A stretch of DNA of 64,000 nucleotides from Blastocystis sp. Blastoise (Eukaryota; Protista; Bigyra: Opalinata), in the NCBI GenBank assembly GCA_039096225.1, contig JBBPEB010000006.1, forward strand, positions 248,001 to 312,000. Reading direction: 5' to 3'. A model generated the notes under the pieces. The model worked only from the letters and a program-made list of their open reading frames with translations. It had not been told where the DNA came from and did no database searches. Positions 1-17,121 of this stretch are shown here, piece after piece. Position 1 is the first letter of the stretch. Every line of letters starts with the position of its first letter. The position numbers were made by a program, and so were the translations under genes.

Positions 1-52
1 CTTTTTTTTATATACTACAAATAATCACATTTTCTTAATGTATATACTATAG

Positions 53-1028
53 AAATCATTACGTGTATTAGAGTTTGTTTATATGTCGAAATATATGTGT
101 GACCATGCAATGGATATTGTTATTGATTCATCAAATCATGATTCTGGTTATTTTATGATTCTTACTGTGGGTACTTTAGCGGGTATAATTATATTTGTTA
201 TAGAATTATATTTATTATAGACTTATGTTTATTATATAATAATATATGTTATTTATTTATTTATTTATTTTATAATAATATATAATAATAATAATAATAA
301 TAAGTATAATAAGTATAATAATAAGTATAATAATAATATATTACAATAGGATGTGGAGGTTCACTTCTTGTTGAACAATTTCAATTATTAAGAGATAAGA
401 ATCATATAGATCTTAGTTATAGAGGACTCTCTCATCCTTCCTTGTATATATATATATACATATATTCATCTATATATATATTTATATAATAATATGAACT
501 CTATATATATATATATATAGTGTAATGCGACGTTCCTTCTTTGGTTCCTTTCTTTATATGTGTTTACGTAATCCATTCAATTTATCCATATTACAAAATA
601 ATCTCTCTCATGTATATCTTTTTTTTTTATTTCTATTCATATATATAATAATATATAATAATATATAATAATATATAATAATATATAATAATATATAATA
701 ATATATAATATAATAATTTTAATTTTTCTATAGGAAGAATGCAAATATATACTTTTCTTATTCTTTACATTCACCTATATACTATACATCTATCATTTTG
801 TATATATATCTATTATATATTAAATATATATATATATATATATCTACACAAAAAATATACTTCTCTATATAGGATGTATTTAATATAATTTCATGGGTAT
901 TTCACAAGGTCACCTTTATTCCCACGGATATTACTACTTGGGTATTCCGTTGGTCTACACTTCCTCAAGAACAAGCAGAAGATAGTGGATATATTAGTGA
1001 AGAAATGGAAAATAAAAAAGAAGACTAA
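53..1028 (+). CDS. TRIC/TMEM38-like intracellular cation channel, 3' part (5 exons visible, 5' end outside window)
   Basis: Spliced exons at about 53-182, 350-444, 521-611, 733-799 and 873-1028 read ..YFMILTVGTLAGCGGSLL..LSHPSFVMRRSFFGSFLY..ENKKED*. The GxGG helix, the PS..SF.GS segment and the C-terminal KKxx ER-retrieval motif fit the TRIC family. Family assigned by eye. Confidence 0.55.
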
Positions 1029-1996
1029 ATATTATTATTCTAATATTTATATTATATAGTTAATATATATTATTATTAATCAAAAATCATTACTCTATAT
1101 AGTTTTTTTATTAGTAAAATTTATAGGAATAGGAGACCTTTTTAAAAAGATAATTCAATTCTTAAAACAGAACTGTTTTTCATATTAGCAAGCTTTTTTT
1201 AAACATATTTATCACCTTTTAGCCTTTTATTTATTCTAATAAATTGTTTTACAAAAAGAATGCAACTATTTTATTATTTTTTCGTTAATAATGTTCATTT
1301 CAACTGATCCTCATATTCTACTATTGATAAATTGTCACTTCAGTTTTAAAAAAATTATCCTATTATTTATTAATTATCATTTCAATACTTTTTTACCTTT
1401 ATTATGAACAATAATACTTTTTCTTAAAATCATTGCAACAAAAATACTCCTAGGATTTCTCATACACTCCACTTGTTTCAGCCATTATTTTAAGCAATGT
1501 TGTTACTTCTAATTAGCATATTTCTATAATTACGATGACTCATGAACTTCTTAAAACTATCCAAAGTGTCAAATAATGTAACAAATACCCAACCTTTCAA
1601 AAAAAGAAGCAAAAAATAAGGAAATGAAATAATGGCAATAACTAAAAAGAGAATAATACTTAAAAAAAATAGAAAAGTATCTCCTTTTATTAACGGTTAC
1701 ATCTGTGTGTCAGAAACGTTTTCCAGTGAAAACATTGAAAATACACTTCAACTATATAAAGTTCCCAGAGTTCTAATGTTTTTTAGAAGATTTCCCCTAT
1801 TATTTGTGGAATAAAAATGGATATTTCTTTAGAGGAATACAGCGACTTCCAGAAAAGGGCTAAAAAGGCGAGGAGTTGTCAGCTTTGATGAAAGTCGACT
1901 TGTCATTTTGACGAAAAACATGGAAATGGAGGACGATATATGCGTATTTTTAAATTTTCATATACCTGAACTACTAGAAGAAACCAATAAAGATTA

Positions 1997-2667
1997 ATGA
2001 TAACTTTACGATCTATTCCTAATATTGATACTATGGAACAAGGAAGTGCAGAAATTATCTACAATATTCCTCAATTAGATGACAACAAGAAATATAAAGA
2101 AAGAGACCCTTATGGCATCGCTTTTATGCTTCCTTATGTCGTTCTCATTCTTATTTTGACTGGAATTGCTCAATATTTATATCCTACTTTTTGGTTATTA
2201 ACTGTTTCGTTAGCTTTATGTGCATTCGGTCTTTGTACATCTTTTTGGCTATATAAGTATATTATGAATAAACCTTGTGGTACTATCGAAATGCAAAATG
2301 TTTCTGAACCTATTCGTGAAGGTGCTAAACGTATATATATTATGTTTATCATTTTTTTTTAATAAACAATGTTATTCTAATTTTTTTTAAGATTTTTAAT
2401 AGCTTATATTATTGTCTTTTATATAGGTTATTTGTTAGTACAATATCGTACAATTGGTATATGTTGTTTCTTTATTGGTATTTGTGTATATTTATCATAT
2501 TATTTGGTTGCATCTCCTTCTGAACCCAAAGGTATTGATATTCTCGGAAATACGACACTCGCTAATATATCCATAATCGGATTCATATTTGTATGCTTAT
2601 TATTATATTTATGTTTATGTTTATGTTTATTATTGTTATTATTATTATTATTATTATTATTAACCAA

Positions 2668-2724
<57 letters not shown>

Positions 2725-2727
2725 CAA

Positions 2728-2798
<71 letters not shown>

Positions 2799-3318
2799 AA
2801 GGGTGTATTAAGTAGCGGTGCATGTGGATTTATATCTATGTATATTGCTTCTTTAACAAATGTAAGAGTTACTCATGCTGCTGTGTATATTTATATATTA
2901 TTATTATATTGTATATCATTTTCAAAATCATTCTAATAACATAACTACATATATAAATAACATATGAATATAGTTATTCCATTCAAGAGCCATTCCTAGT
3001 ATGTTTTAGAGGCGGCGCATTTAGTGCACTTCTATTAGTATCTCTTTGCATGTTATCTTCCTCTCTTCTCTTTATTATTATGTATCTCTGTTATGTTCGA
3101 CCGGGGATTATCTCTATATTGGACCTTCCTCTTCTTTTCAGCGGCTACTCCTTCGGTTGCTCTTGTGTTGCTCTATTTATGCAGTTAGGAGGAGGTATAT
3201 ATACGAAAGGAGCAGATGTTGGAGCAGATATGTGTGGTAAAGTATATATAAGGGATTATTCTATTTATTCTACTTTATTTATCATATTAATGTACTATTT
3301 TTATTCTCTATATCCTAA

Positions 3319-3416
<98 letters not shown>

Positions 3417-4650
3417 TTGAAATGAATATTCCTGAAGATGATCCAAGAAATCCCGCGGTTATTGCTGATTTAGTAGGGGATATGGTTGGAGATTGTGTGG
3501 GTAGTTGTGCAGGTATTTATTATTATATATATTATTATATTATTATTATATATAATAATTATTATATTATATTACTATATAGATATATATGAGTCTATTT
3601 CTGCAGAAGTATGTAGTAGTATGATTTTAGGAGCAGAATTCATTAAAGAAATAAAAGTAGGAAATCCTTTAGATTTCGTGTTATTCCCATTATTTATTCA
3701 TTCAATGGATATATTTATTTCTTATATTTCTATACAATATACCTCTTATTGTATATATAATTCAAATGAAAGCAACTTCCCCATGACTCTTATGAAGAGA
3801 GGTTACTTCTTATCTGTATTAGAATCCTTATTTGTTTTCTTCATTACTACAAAATATATACTTCACAGTCCTGTTTTCTTCCTATCTGCTGTTATTGGTA
3901 TATCTGTTTGTATGATATATTATTTCTCTGTTATTTATTATACTGATTATACATACCCCCCTGTACGAAAGATTGCCTCTGCCGCTACGCAGGGACATGC
4001 GACCACGATAATCACGGGACTTGCCACTGGCTGTAAATCCACCGTATTCCCTACTATTTCAGCTGCTGTAGCCATGCTACTTAGTTATATATCCTTCTTA
4101 TTCTATTTATTCATATATTATATATTTATTATATATTATTTCTATATATTGTTTATTTATTAATATATATTCTATATATTTTCTATTATTCTATATATAT
4201 AATATATAATTTCATTTTCATTTTCCTTCATTCGTTATACTATGTTGGTTTATATCCCTATCGTTCTGTAAGTACATCGGATATTGCAGGTACTTACTCT
4301 ATTTCTATTGCTACTATGGCACTTCTCTCTACTACCGGGTATATACTGACTATGAATAACTTTGGACCTATTGCCGATAACTCTGGAGGTATCTCGGAAA
4401 TGAGTGGACAAGAAGGAATTGTACGAAATCGTACGGATAAATTAGATGCCGCAGGAAATACTACGAAAGCAGCTACATATCTATTTTTATCTTATTATTA
4501 TATATTTTATATTATTTATGATATATTATTATTTTTTCCATTTTTTAATTTATATTTCTTAATTCAATTTACTTCTGGTTATTCTCTTGCTTCAGCCACA
4601 CTTGCTTGTTATTTATTATTCACTACAAATATCGAACGATTCTCTTCACT

Positions 4651-4695
<45 letters not shown>

Positions 4696-5443
4696 CTTAT
4701 ACTAAATACTCTATATAATTCAACTATGTATATACTAAGATATTTCTTCTTTCTAGTTACCTACTCCTATAAATAATATATCTCTCTCTAAATTAGAAGT
4801 AATAGCTGCAGGAATGATAGGGGTTACTCTATTATATTACTTTGTAGGACTTGCCATTGATGCCGTTGGTATAACTGCTAGTCAAGTCGTTAATGAAGTA
4901 CGTTATCAATTCAGAACTAAGAGTGGTATTTTAGCTGGAACTGAAAAACCAGATTATGAGAAATGTGTTGAAATCTGTACAAAGAGTGCTTTAAAGCAAA
5001 TGGTATACCCAACGATTATTGTCATTTTATCACCATTATTTATTGGGTTTATATTCAAGTTTATTGGTATATATAAAGGAGATCCAAATCTTGCCGCTGA
5101 AGTAATGTGTGGATTCTTAATGATTACTATTATAGCCGGTATTTTATTTGCCATGTTTTTAGATAATTCTGGTGGTGCATGGGTATATATATATAATACA
5201 TACAATATATATATAATATAATATAATACATACAATATATATAATACACTATATATAAAGGATAATGCTAAGAAATATATTGAAACGGGTGAATTAGGAG
5301 GGAAACAAAGTGACGCACATAAAGCAAGTGTTACTGGAGATACTGTGGGGGATCCCCTCAAAGATACGGCAGGACCCTCGATTCATGTTGTTATTAAATC
5401 TATTTCAACATGTATTACTGTTTTTGGACCATTATTCATTTAA
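1997..5443 (+). CDS. Membrane H+-translocating pyrophosphatase, K+-independent (AVP2/type II-like); 10 exons, 2 AT-AC introns
   Basis: Motifs [61 protein letters not shown] (Lys marks K+ independence), [12 protein letters not shown] and [15 protein letters not shown]. Stop TAA at 5441-5443. Confidence 0.95.
4089..4240 (+). other. U12-type AT-AC intron (152 nt, phase 0) in H+-PPase
   Basis: Donor ATATCCTTC, branch-like TTTTCCTTCAT at 4221-4231, end TATAC. Removal gives LLSY|[14 protein letters not shown] in frame with ATG 4316. Confidence 0.9.
4477..4572 (+). other. U12-type AT-AC intron (96 nt, phase 2) in H+-PPase
   Basis: Donor ATATCTATT, branch TTTCTTAAT at 4555-4563, end TTTAC. Removal gives [16 protein letters not shown], matching the family pattern GNTTKAxTKGFAIGSA. 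No GT is available at this junction. Confidence 0.85.
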
Positions 5444-5938
5444 ACTAAAAATATATATATATCTATTTTTTATTTTTTTTTCTTCCTTTTTAAAAACATT
5501 GTATCATTTCATAATATATATATATATTATTATTAGCCTTCATTTCTTTGTTTAGAATTATCGTTCCTTGTTCATTTATATATTTAAAATTATATACTAT
5601 ATTTTTGTTTTCTTTTCAATATATTATCTTTCTTATATACATAACTATATTTAATTTATAAAAAAAAAATAACAAAAAGCAAATTATCGACTGAAGCAAA
5701 AATTAAAATACATTATTTCAAGTTATATATAATAGAATATATAGAACTATCGAATAATAATAGAAAAAGAAGAAAAAGTAATAAATGTACAAAAAGAGAG
5801 CACAATAAAAATATAACAAGGCAAGTATATAAAAAAAACGATAGGAGCATATATATAACGAAGAGATATACTTATACTAAAAAAAAAGAATCAAGTCTGT
5901 TATGAACCTGATAATTCTTTATATATATATAATATTGT

Positions 5939-6847
5939 TTACTTGGTAACTTCATGAATGGCTTTAGCAATATATTCGACATTATGTGTATTAATACCAC
6001 TAAGAGAAGCTCTACCCGTAGGTACCATATATACAGAGTACTGAGTTGCAAGAGCTTCGACTTGTTCGGGAGTAAGACCCGTGAAGCTAAACATACCAAT
6101 TTGACGAGTAATATGAGACCAATCCTTAGTACTACCACACTATATATTATTATGTTTATTATGTTTATTATTATTATGTTTATTATTATTATTATGTTTA
6201 TTATTATTATTATTATTATATAAATAAATAATTACTTTCTTAAGATTATCAACAAGTAAATATCTCATATCACGAATTCTCTTGGATACTTCTTTACATT
6301 CCTTTTCCCATTGATGATATAATTTAGGATCATTAAGAATTTCAGTAACAATTCTAGCACCATATATGGGAGGAAGTGACCATAAGGAACGAGTAGCGCT
6401 CTTTAATTGAGCTAAACAGGCTTGTTTCTCTTGCTCATTAGCACAAACAACAGCAGACATACCAGCTCTTTCACCATATAAACCAAAGTTCTTTGAAAAT
6501 GATAAAGTTAAAGCTATATTATGGCCATCTTTTATAAACTATATATATATTAATTAATATTCATTATTATAATATAATAATAATATATAATTATATTGAA
6601 TTCTATACATATATATAAAAAGAAAATAATCAATAAATAAATAAATAAATATATATATATATACTTTACGAATGGCATAAGCATCATTCGCGACATCTCC
6701 ACTAGCAAACCCAAGGTAAGCAGCATCAAAGAGAACAGGTCTCTTATATTGTTTACATGCCTGAGAAATACTATCCCATTGCTCATGAGTAGGATCAACA
6801 CCTATTTATATATATATAAGGTATAATTTATAATATTTTCTATTAAA

Positions 6848-6942
<95 letters not shown>

Positions 6943-7889
6943 AATATATATATACCAGAAGGATTATGAGCACAAGCATGGAAGAAGAAGCCAGATCCTT
7001 CAGGAGCAGTTCGAATAGAACTCATAATAGCATCAAAATTAAGAGTAACACGATCGGGCATTAAATAGGTATAACGATCTGTTTTACAACCACTCTTTTC
7101 AAAGAAAGCAAAATGAGTATCCCAAGTAGGATTAGGGAAATATAATTTCTTTATACATTGAGATTCACCAAAGAATTGACCAAATAACTTTAAAGAACCA
7201 GAACCTGATATACCCTATATATATAGAAATAATTAATAATAAAAAATAAACAATAATTAATAATAAAAAATAAACAATAATTAATAATAAAAAATAAACA
7301 ATAATTAATAATAAAAAATAAACAATAATTAATAATAATAATAAAAAACAATTAATAATAAATAAATAGCAAATATACTTGACAAAGAGCAATTCTATTT
7401 TCTTTAAGAGGAACACAGTCTTCACCAAAAGCAAATTTAGAAGCAGCAGTAAGGAATTCAGGAACACCATTAAGAGGAGGATATTCATGGTCTTTCTTAC
7501 AGCAAAGTCTCTTTTCAGCTTCTCTAACTGATTGGAAAACATAAGGCTAAATAAATTAATGTTTAAATATAAAGCAAAAGCAAAAAAAAAACAATTATAT
7601 AAAAATATTGATTAAAATTTATAATAAAATATTTATATATATTATAAAAAAAAACATACTTTGCCTTCACCATCACGATAAGCACCAATACCTAATCCAA
7701 CTTTATTAGGATTGGTATCTTTAGCTAATCTTTCTTGAACGCGGAAAATAGGATCAGGAGTAGGAATAACAACGCTTTCCCAAGGAGAATTAACAAAGAA
7801 TCTAGCAAAGTTTCTTGTAATACGAAGAGTTGCACCTAAAAAAGTTTAAAAGTCATTAAGAATGAAGTAGAGATACGAGTAGTAAGCAT
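5939..7889 (-). CDS. GOT2: Aspartate aminotransferase with mitochondrial/MRO-type presequence; 7 exons
   Basis: N-terminus [18 protein letters not shown], then [38 protein letters not shown], the PLP lysine in [14 protein letters not shown], and [10 protein letters not shown]. Confidence 0.93.
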
Positions 7890-8757
7890 ATTGTAAAGAG
7901 AAGGTCAAAGAGTGTTATTTAAGAGTCTATGATATTTGTATATATAATCTAATATAAAAAAGTTCCCCTTTTCTATTAGAAAAAAGGGAAGAATGAATGA
8001 TTATTAGCCATGTTGTTTACCTTAGGAAATAAAAAGAATATATAAAGTATATTATTTTTAGGAGTGTCCTATTTATAAAAAAAATATAGATATCTTCTAA
8101 GTATATGAAGACTACTTAAGGTAGCATAATTTAGGAAATGCCCTTGTTATTAAAAACAAGAGATGAGTAAGAAACCGAATGATTGGTCATCGAATAAATC
8201 CCAATAGTTTCTCTATTTGTTGATGAACTAGATTTAATGATTGGAGGAACTACAGTTTCTCTTTTATAGGAAAGGCTAAATGACTGGATAATCGGACAGA
8301 GACATCTTTTCCATGAATAATTCATATTCACGATTATAAGAATAAGTTATTTAGATAATTTAGTTTTATTATTTACTCTTGAGATATGAATCTAAATAAA
8401 GATTGGATATGCTGATCTAGATGCTTATTAGTTAGTACACTTCATGATTAATTGTTTTTCTTGTAGATATCCGTCAAAACACAATTTGGCCAGTTTATAT
8501 TGTATTCGTTTTATATGATTAGCAAGTATATGCACTCTGTACTAATAGTATCCTGTTCGTATAATTTCAATGAGCAAATAAACTCTTTTTTTTTTGTCAT
8601 TAGTATTAATGAAGAGTATCAACGATATAAAACCAAAATAAATAAAACTTATAGAATAAGACAAATTATAAGGAATAATGTTCAGATATTGAAAGAATGA
8701 TTTTGAAACAAATTAAGAAAAACTAATACTATTTAAAAAAAAGAATTTTCGTGTTAA

Positions 8758-11601
<2,844 letters not shown>

Positions 11602-12726
11602 CTCTGTTTAGTTTCTCTATGAATTCTAAAGTGATACAAAGAATTATCTACAACAAAACAAAGACCAAACAGTCTAGATATCCAAAAAGATAAATTTCAC
11701 TTTTTTTCTTAGTTTCTTTTTACAGAAATCCACGTGATATTTCCAGAAAACAATTGTCAATTATTTGTATTTAGCTTCATATATATCATTAATGTAGACC
11801 TATTTTCTATCAAATACTATTCAGATCAATTCGAATACAAAAATAATGATGATTTATGATGATAAAAAAGAAATAATTAAAAAAAATGGTGTTTTTTGTA
11901 TCATCAGCCAACACTTTTCATTAAATTACATATCAGTAAGTATTCTACTGAGTATTTCTTACAACTCTAGTATAGCTATTCATCAATAAACCGATTAATT
12001 GTTAACTGAATCAACTATACATAAGAATCTCATTCACAATAATGTATAAATAGTATACTACATAGAACTGGATACGTCAATTCTAATGAATTTTCAATGA
12101 ATATATATGTGATTAATTGAGCATATAACCTTATTGTATTTTAGCTTTAGAACAATAAACATGCAAATCAGAATATAATCAGAGATACAAGAAAAGCATT
12201 TTGGATATAAAATGATGGCAGTTTAAAAGTAACCCAAAGGATCAACAATGTGATATAGTTGAATCTAGGATCTAAAATTAATTTATATAGTTCTTCATTC
12301 TTTATTCTTTTCATCAAAGTAAAATATAGTATATGAAGTTCATCTTTGACTTTATCTTTAAGAAGATTTCACGAATAATACTACTTTATAATTACTGAGT
12401 TCTAATTATGAAATTCATTCAATAAGTTATTGGTTCATTTTCTGTGATACATTTACTAAAAATACTTCAGTTCACACAATATAGAATAAAAAAGCAAAAA
12501 CAAGGAGAAATCAAATGATCTTTCCTTTCATTGGATAATACCATCAAGAGCCAATAAAATCGTGTAAAATCAGTAAATGGTCGTGTTTATCGAAAATAAC
12601 CGCGAGAATCTCGTTTTTCAATGACGCTTCTGGTGAAATGAAAACCAAACGCCAAAACTTGAATATTTATGGCAACTGTGTATATTTCCTTTTTTACATT
12701 ATTTAGTTGATTTCTAAACATAGAGA

Positions 12727-13919
12727 ATGAGAAACGTCACTGTTGCTGCTACTCAATTTGCATGCACGTATATTACTTATTCCTTTCATTTTATATATCC
12801 GTTTTAGTGCTTCCTGGGAAGAGAATGTTGCTAAAGCTGAAAAGTTAGTAAGAGAAGCTGCCGCTAAAGGAGCTCAAATTATTCTTTTACAAGAATTATT
12901 CTCTGGCTATTATTTCTGTCAAGAACAAAAGCAAGAATATTTCAGTCTTGCTGAACCTTTTGCTAGCAGCAAACTCATTGCTCACTTTCAAAAAGTAGCT
13001 AAGGAACTCAACGTTGTCCTTCCTATTAGTTTCTTTGAAAAGGCTAATTGTGCTTATTACAACTCTATTGCTATTGTTGATGCTGATGGTTCTGTATTAG
13101 GTCTTTATCGTAAATCTCATATTCCTGATGGTCCTGGTTATCAAGAGAAGTTTTATTTCAATCCAGGTGATACTGGTTTCAAAGTATGGGATACTAAATA
13201 TGCTAAGATTGGTGTAGCTATTTGCTGGGATCAATGGTTCCCTGAAGCCGCTAGAATTATGGCCTTAAAGGGTGCTGAAATATTATGTATATTATTAGGT
13301 TTATTTTTTTTATTATTATGTTTATTTTTATTATTTTTATTTTTATTATTTTTATTTATTCTTATTATGTATATAGTTTACCCTACTGCTATTGGTTCTG
13401 AGCCTCAAGACGCATCTCTTGATTCCCATGGCCATTGGAGAAGAGTCATGTGCGGTCATGCTGGTGCTAATTATATTCCTCTCGTTGCCTCTAACCGTGT
13501 TGGTAAAGAAGTCTATGAACATTCTTTTATTAAGTTTTATGGTACTTCCTTCATTTGTGATCCTACAGGTGATGTTAAAACTGATGCTCAAGATGAAGAT
13601 AATATCGTTTTAACTCAAACTTTTGATCTTGATTCCATCAACGCCGCTCGTTCTTCTTGGGGACAATTCAGATATATGTTTATTATAATATTATATTATT
13701 TTAGTTTTTATTTATTTTAATATGTTTTTATATTATATTATTTTATATTATATTATTTTAGTTTTTATTTATTTTAATATTATTTTATATTATATTTATT
13801 ATTATATGATTTTATATTATATTATATTATATTATATTATATACAGAGATAGACGTCCTCAACTTTATAAACCTCTTCTTACCCTCGATGGTCAAACTTA
13901 TACTAAAGAAGAATATTAA
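12727..13919 (+). CDS. aguB: N-carbamoylputrescine amidohydrolase (nitrilase superfamily)
   Basis: MRNVTVAATQ, ILLQELF, YRKSHIPDGPGYQEKFYF, AICWDQWFPEAAR, YPTAIGSEP and FRDRRP. An upstream 3-codon exon from ATG 12669 is possible. Confidence 0.93.
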
Positions 13920-14142
13920 GTTATCTCTATGTTAATTTTTGTAATATTATTTATTATAGATCTTTGTGATTCTTGATGTTTTGTTAATCATGTCAATTTT
14001 TTTTTTAATATTCATTTTTATTTTACATGAGAATGAAAACATATATTTCATAAGAATAATAAATGGATGAATCATTGTTCTATATGGTTATAGAATACTA
14101 AGAAACAAAACAATATAGAAAAAACACATAAGAGAAGTATGA

Positions 14143-14684
14143 TTATTCATTGGGAGAAACTGTATAGACATCTAAAGAAGGAGAAACAATAATACGATGT
14201 GTCAGATGTCCAAGCATATTCATATTATGAGTTGTGTCGTTCACATAGGCTACCTATAGAAATGATTTTATAGAGATCAAAAAGATGATGATAAAAATGA
14301 TGAAATGAATTATTATTATTATCATATATATATATATTTTAAAGATATATAATAAGCCTATAATTTATAATATCTATATGTTTATTTTTAATGTATATAA
14401 ATAAATATATATACATCTTCAACATATTTCATAGGTATACCCACACCTAATTCGAATTCAACGTCGTTAATAGATAATGTGACGCGTCCACTCTGATGAA
14501 TACGCATTTTTCCAATTTTACCATCATCAATACCAATCAAATTATTATGTACATAATCAAATGCTATATATATATTATATTATATTATATTATATTATAT
14601 TATATTATATTATATTATATTATATTATATATATACGTTCAGCTTTAGTTGCTCCTTTAGGAATATTTGGAAATCCTTGTGCAT

Positions 14685-14716
<32 letters not shown>

Positions 14717-16017
14717 ATCTAAAAAAAAAGGTGGACTTATATATATATATATAATATTATATATATAATATTATATATATATACCTGGATAATTCTTATA
14801 TATAGGAAGATACGAAGGAAATGAAAATAACATCATTTCATCTTCAACAACCTATATATACATAATATATATTTTATTATATATATAAAATAACATATAA
14901 TATAAATATATAATATAATATAAATATATAATATAATACATAATATATATAATATAATATACAACATTTATGCCATAATATAATATACATAAAAATTAAT
15001 ATATAATATACATGAATATAGACAATTTATATATAATACATATATATACTTCTTCTAATAATTCAGCACTTGGAGGTGGAGAGAATTCATCTTCTTCTTT
15101 CCAATTAATACTGCTATATACATAAGGAAGACGCATAGCGCCATTATTAGACTCGGGTAACTATATATATATATATATATAATATATATGTTGAGTAGAA
15201 AAATAATAATTTACAAACCATAAATAATTAATATCATTAGTGTATATATATATATAACATTATTAATACAAGAATATTATTGTTATATATAACAATAATA
15301 TAACCTACTTCAACATCTTCATCATTTTCCTCTTGTTCCATAATTACCTCGTGAGTTTTGGCTCGTTCTGTTATACCTTGACTATATACATATATATACA
15401 TATATAACTCAACTAATTAGAATATATTTATAATAATATAATATATAAAATATACTCTAATAGCATAGCCCTTCTTGCTCCCTCGGCGTCATTCAGACGC
15501 ACACGCTCATGACGGAATGTACCTGTAGCGAAGAAAGAAGCCTAAAGAAGAAAATATACATAATTAATATATAAAGAATAAACATTTAAAAAAAAATTAT
15601 AACTATTTCTATTTCATTCAAAATATATAAATATTAATATTTGTTTTTATTTATGTATCTATTTACACCAGAAGAAGCTAAACCACGAGGCATAGGAGGA
15701 CGATCTGTTTTTTCAAATTTCTTTTTATCTCCAAATCTCTCTTTCTTTTCATATTTTTCTACTTTATATTTTTTCTGTGAGTCCTTATCAGCTGTTTGAG
15801 AAGCTACAGGAGCTTCTGTTGCACTTGGAATAGGTGATCTTGCTTTCGGCTTAAATCTAGGCTTTTTTACTCCACCCAAAGTAACTTGTTTATCATGGGT
15901 TACAGGTGCCACTTTTGAATTTGGTTCCAGTCTATATGAAGAAAAAGATATCCCAGAACTTATACCATTTGACGATGGCTTTTCTGATTTTATTTCTGAT
16001 TTATTCTCCTCAGACAT
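14143..16017 (-). CDS. RPC4: RNA polymerase III subunit RPC4/C53; 8 exons
   Basis: Disordered K/R-rich N-terminus with KPRFKPK, then the C-terminal domain MMLFSFPSYLP..DGKIGKMRIHQSGRVTLSINDVEFELGVG..LGHLTHRIIVSP. Confidence 0.85.
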
Positions 16018-16617
16018 TCTAAGCTAGTTTTATCTCGATATGTATCATAATCTTACGTATTAATTCACTAATAACAAGACTGATCCAAAAAAAAAATATT
16101 TTTGAAAACCATGAAACACAGGCTCCTTTCAACATAAAAAACATTTCTTTTTATGATTATTTTATTAATTATATTCTTTACAATATTTATCAAGTAAAGT
16201 AGTGTTCTTACATATATATATCTCAAAAACAAATCGTTTACATTTTACCGACAAGAATAAACTATATTTCTTTTTTAATAAAGGTAGTTAATAAAATCGA
16301 TTGATTGTGTTAAGATTCTTGACATGTAACAATATCAATTAATAGTGTTTAAAATAAATTAGTCGTTTAAACAATAAATATAATACTTCAAGTTGTTAAT
16401 ACCCTTAAATGAAAAAAATGTCATCTTGTAATATGCAATATGAATAGAATTAAAGAAAGCAAGTATGTTTAATACAAGAAGGTCTTTATAATGTATGATA
16501 CAAAATAATAAATACATGAATATATAAATAAATACATTAAAAAATATATATATAGCAAAAAAAAGCACTAAAAGCTATCGTGAAGTAACCAAAAATTATA
16601 GATTGCATTGTTTTGAA

Positions 16618-16938
16618 TTACTTGGATTGTTTCAAACTAAATTCTAAGTTATCAACGACACGTTCTAATCTAGTCAATTTAGTGTCAATATTAGTCATCT
16701 TGTCATTGACGAGTTCCTCTAAATATGAAGAAATAATTATAATTAAGAAAAGAAGAAACAAACAGAATAATAAATCACTATACTACTATAATTTCTTACC
16801 AAACATATTTACATAATTCACAATTTGTACCATGGTTACTTTGACTTTTTCAAGTTCGTCTCTACACTTATAATCTTCTGAGACGGCAGTGACATTTTCG
16901 TCGTTCATAGTATATCCTTCAGAATTCTTTACTTTCAT
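16618..16938 (-). CDS. BRK1: BRICK1/HSPC300 subunit of the WAVE/SCAR complex; 2 exons (intron 16699-16799)
   Basis: Spliced product MKVKNSEGYTMNDENVTAVSEDYKCRDELEKVKVTMVQIVNYVNMFEELVNDKMTNIDTKLTRLERVVDNLEFSLKQSK*. It matches the BRK1 pattern DxxxR..E..I..f.N.F..KL..LER..lE. Not present in the ORF track. Confidence 0.8.
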
Positions 16939-17121
16939 TCTTTTAATCAATGATTACCAATTATTTATAAAATAGTAATTTTAAATACTAAGAAAAAATA
17001 ATAATTTCTTAAAAAAAAATTAAATATTTATAATATTGGGGATTCAAATGGAAACAACGAAAAAAATGAAAATTACCGTTCTAAGAATACAAATTTACTG
17101 TTTCTTTTTTCTTTATATAGA

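Noticed and set aside
30-52. U12-like branch TTTTCTTAAT followed by AC at 46-47
   Set aside because: Using the AC gives an in-frame TAG, and the donor lies outside the window.
7836-7876. Possible GT-AG U12 intron (GTATCTCT donor, TTCTTAAT)
   Set aside because: The branch-like motif is about 20 nt from the AG, against 8-11 nt in the clear cases. Ambiguous, so not counted.
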